Below, in pieces: positions 5,687 through 7,613 of a stretch of 7,613 bases of DNA. The notes under the pieces are model-generated. The model saw only the letters and a program-made list of their open reading frames with translations. It was not told where the DNA came from and did no database searches. Source of the stretch: Nostoc punctiforme NIES-2108 (lineage in GTDB: Bacteria > Cyanobacteriota > Cyanobacteriia > Cyanobacteriales > Nostocaceae); contig LXQE01000136.1 in assembly GCA_003326195.1 (NCBI GenBank), positions 323,952-331,564 of the forward strand, written 5' to 3'. The position numbers and the translations under genes are program-made. Positions within the stretch are counted from its first letter, which is position 1. Each line of letters starts with the position of its first letter.

Positions 5687-6649
5687 ATGGTTTTAATTCA
5701 ATATCAACGTGCTGTAGGCGTATTTACTCATCGGATAGATGCGGAGAAGGCAATACATGAGTTGAGAGATTCTGGCTTGGCGATGGAGAAAGTATCTGTA
5801 GTTGTACAAAATTCAGATCGGAATCATGAAATTACCGATAATGAAGTTAAAGAGAGCACTAGTGATAAAGCTGACGAAGGTGCAACAGTAGGAGGGCTTT
5901 CAGGGGGCGCTGTTGGTGGGTTAACTGGTTTATTAGTGGGTCTTGGGACTTTAGCAATCCCTGGAGTTGGCCCAATAATGCTGGCTGGGGCAGCAGCAAC
6001 TGCTTTGGTTACAACCCTTGTTGGGGCAAGTATTGGTGCTGCCACTGGGACTTTTGCTGGTGCATTAGTTGGTTGGGGAATGTCGTCAGAGCAAGCTAGA
6101 GCATATAACGAGCGAGTAGAGGACGGACACTATTTAATAATTGTGGATTGTACATCTTTTGAAATTGCTAAAGTACAAGAAATACTACAGCGTTGGGGTA
6201 TTGAAGAGTTTGGTATTTACGAGCATCTTAACAATGAATCTGAAACTACAAATTCTTTGACTACAACAACTTCTGCTACTGCTATTCCTAATAAAAGTGG
6301 GATGATGTCTAAGTATAGTGTTAGTTGCTTTAATAGCATAGCTAATGCTGAAGCGGCAATTAAGGAAATGTGTGTCGCAGGTTTTTCAGTAAACCAGATA
6401 TCCTTAATTTGCAAAGACTTTTCTCAATTCCTTGGGTCAACAGGCATTAATTTAAGTGAACGCTTTGACGCTATGAGGTTAGGAATAGCAGATGAGTGGG
6501 CACGTTTTTACAATGAGCAAATAGAGCAAGGAAATTACATACTTATCATTAGTGGCACAGATGGTGAGCAAGATATAGCTAGGTCTATTCTGTTTAATTA
6601 TGGGGTTCAAGAGTCTCAAATTTATGACCCAATGTTAATTCGTTCTTAA
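5687..6649 (+). CDS. YflT/general stress protein 17M-like protein with a central glycine-zipper membrane segment, internally duplicated, 320 aa
   Basis: - A strong ribosome-binding site precedes the gene.
- The N-terminus QRAVGVFTHRIDAEKAIHELRDSGLAMEKVSVVV is the motif I associate with the cyanobacterial GSP17M-like (YflT) family.
- Residues 65-131 form a G/A-rich glycine zipper (GGLSGGAVGGLTGLLVGLGTLAIPGVGPIMLAGAAATALVTTLVGASIGAATGTFAGALVGWG).
- This is followed by SEQARAYNERVEDGHYLIIVD.
- A second, zipper-less copy of both soluble modules lies at residues 210-314. Confidence 0.85.
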   Translation: MVLIQYQRAVGVFTHRIDAEKAIHELRDSGLAMEKVSVVVQNSDRNHEITDNEVKESTSDKADEGATVGGLSGGAVGGLTGLLVGLGTLAIPGVGPIMLAGAAATALVTTLVGASIGAATGTFAGALVGWGMSSEQARAYNERVEDGHYLIIVDCTSFEIAKVQEILQRWGIEEFGIYEHLNNESETTNSLTTTTSATAIPNKSGMMSKYSVSCFNSIANAEAAIKEMCVAGFSVNQISLICKDFSQFLGSTGINLSERFDAMRLGIADEWARFYNEQIEQGNYILIISGTDGEQDIARSILFNYGVQESQIYDPMLIRS

Positions 6650-6697
6650 AAGCGGGTGCTGTCATGAATGGGAGCAAATTTATTTGAGTTTTGGCAG

Positions 6698-6812
6698 ATC
6701 CAGCAGAATTCAGAATGGGCTACGTCCCGCTGCGCTAACAAGATTAAAATACGCTTTATATCTGGGTAACAGATTTAGCTTGTGTAGCTCACCAACTTGA
6801 AATCTGCTGTAT
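6698..6812 (-). mobile_element. MITE-like element, copy B (115 bp), inverted relative to copy A
   Basis: The reverse complement aligns to copy A in blocks: 19/19 (ATACAGCAGATTTCAAGTT), 21/22 (CCCARATATAAAGCGTATTTTA), 28/29 (GTTAGCGCAGCGGGRCGTAGCCCATTCTG) and 10/10 (AATTCTGCTG). Two variable spacers separate the blocks, and the three extra heptamers of copy A are missing. Its own terminal repeats match 13 of 15. Confidence 0.7.
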
Positions 6813-6858
6813 CAATAAGCAATGGGTTTTGCAGCCTAAAAACTCTACTATGTAAACA

Positions 6859-6895
6859 ATCGACACCTTTCAAGGTTATAGCGAGTGGTGTCGAT
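6859..6895. other. Perfect 9-bp inverted repeat with a 19-nt loop between convergent genes
   Basis: ATCGACACC (6859-6867) pairs with GGTGTCGAT (6887-6895). It lies 35 nt downstream of the stop of the MlaD-like gene on the minus strand. No clean U tract follows on either strand. Confidence 0.35.
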
Positions 6896-6929
6896 GAGCT
6901 TCAACACATTTACCTGATAGTAAAATATC

Positions 6930-7613
6930 TTACTTAAAATTCTCAACAGTTTGGCTTTGCTCAGGGTCAGCAGTGAGCGAAGTTGAAGGGTCAACCTGTA
7001 TAGCCTCTTTCTTCGTCTCCAGTTCCTCCCGTTGCTTGCCGTACTCCCGCAGGTGCTTCAAAAGGTTTTCTTGGGATGAGTTTGGGATAGACGGACTGGG
7101 ATTTGGTTGAAGGTCGGTGTCGGTACTTGCAAAATTAGCCGCTGAGGGATTCATTTCGTAGACTCGTAGCGACTTGTCATTAAACATCGCCTGTTGGGTT
7201 GGCGCTGGGGTAGGAATTAGATTCTTTGGTTTGCTCACAGCAGCTTTTACCGAATCTAGAGTAGTAGCAACCTGCACTTGTTGCTGCATCTGTTGTGTAG
7301 AAGATACTAAACCACTTAAACCATTCACCAATTGCCGCAGATTTTTACGGAAATTAGGATCGCCTGTCAATTCATCTAAATCAGATGTAATTTTTTGGGT
7401 ATTTTCAAAGGTTACTCGTGCTGAATCTAAAGTTTGTTGCAGCAACACCGCATTCTTTGGATCGTTTAAGGTTTTAGAAGCATCGCGTAAATTAGCTGAG
7501 GCTTGAGCTGCGTTTGCTGAAAGCGTTTCTAAATTGTTGAGTAATTCTCCTTGAGTCAATCGATTGACAGACGGTGATAAGCTACTGACTGTAACACGCA
7601 ATTGGTTGCTGGT
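6930..7613 (-). CDS. C-terminal part of an MlaD/MCE-family (TGD2/Ycf22-like) lipid-transport substrate-binding protein. The 5' end lies outside the window.
   Basis: The frame stays open to the right edge: the codons TSNQ precede the TTG that the ORF track treated as a start. The helical segment (LRDASKTLNDPKNAVLLQQTLDSARVTFENTQKITSDLDELTGDPNFRKNLRQLVNGLSGLV) resembles the C-terminal region of cyanobacterial MCE/MlaD proteins as I remember them. A low-complexity P/S/Q/T tail follows. The family assignment is from memory only. Confidence 0.6.
   Translation of the reverse strand, partial: TSNQLRVTVSSLSPSVNRLTQGELLNNLETLSANAAQASANLRDASKTLNDPKNAVLLQQTLDSARVTFENTQKITSDLDELTGDPNFRKNLRQLVNGLSGLVSSTQQMQQQVQVATTLDSVKAAVSKPKNLIPTPAPTQQAMFNDKSLRVYEMNPSAANFASTDTDLQPNPSPSIPNSSQENLLKHLREYGKQREELETKKEAIQVDPSTSLTADPEQSQTVENFK

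Noticed and set aside
5824-6414. Minus-strand ORFs 5824-6045 and 6217-6414
   Set aside because: They are antisense to the 320-aa gene. The first is simply the reverse frame of the G/A-rich glycine zipper, which gives a Pro/Ala/Thr-rich translation.
4114-6812. Reading the MITE-bracketed segment as an autonomous composite transposon or a defence/cargo island
   Set aside because: No transposase, integrase or recombinase is present. No target-site duplication is visible outside the two elements. The cargo consists of housekeeping-type genes. Only passive rearrangement potential is claimed.
7174-7506. 110-aa plus-strand ORF
   Set aside because: It is antisense to the MlaD-like CDS and its Cys-rich, low-complexity translation has no support.

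Overview
The window looks like chromosomal DNA from a filamentous, Nostocales-type cyanobacterium. Support for this: six perfect HIP1 octamers (GCGATCGC), heptanucleotide tandem arrays of the STRR type, a cyanobacterial/plastid-type ClpC, and WD40-like debris.

Five genes can be supported:
- clpC (-, 615-3068, after correcting the start codon).
- A conserved small 98-aa protein (+, 3377-3673).
- A YpfJ-family zinc metallopeptidase (-, 4237-5100).
- A 320-aa YflT/general-stress-17M-like glycine-zipper membrane protein (+, 5687-6649).
- The 3' part of an MlaD/MCE-like gene that runs off the right edge (-, 6930-7613).

A further partial CDS probably enters from the left edge (+, 1-255). It carries 15-bp tandem repeats and is absent from the ORF track because it has no Met.

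I see no rRNA, tRNA, CRISPR array, transposase, toxin-antitoxin pair, recognisable defence system or biosynthetic cluster, and I do not claim a novel multi-gene system.

The more interesting content is structural:
1. Two inverted copies of a ~115-122-bp MITE-like element bracket a 2.46-kb segment holding the peptidase and the glycine-zipper gene.
2. A heptamer array has expanded inside one copy's terminal repeat.
3. A start-less 77-codon ORF remnant abuts one MITE copy.
4. The 586-bp divergent intergenic region seems to be a decayed WD40-repeat gene, and its last codons now supply the Shine-Dalgarno of the glycine-zipper gene.
5. The glycine-zipper protein is an internal tandem duplication whose second copy has lost the membrane segment.

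Family names come from my recognition of motifs and need a database check.
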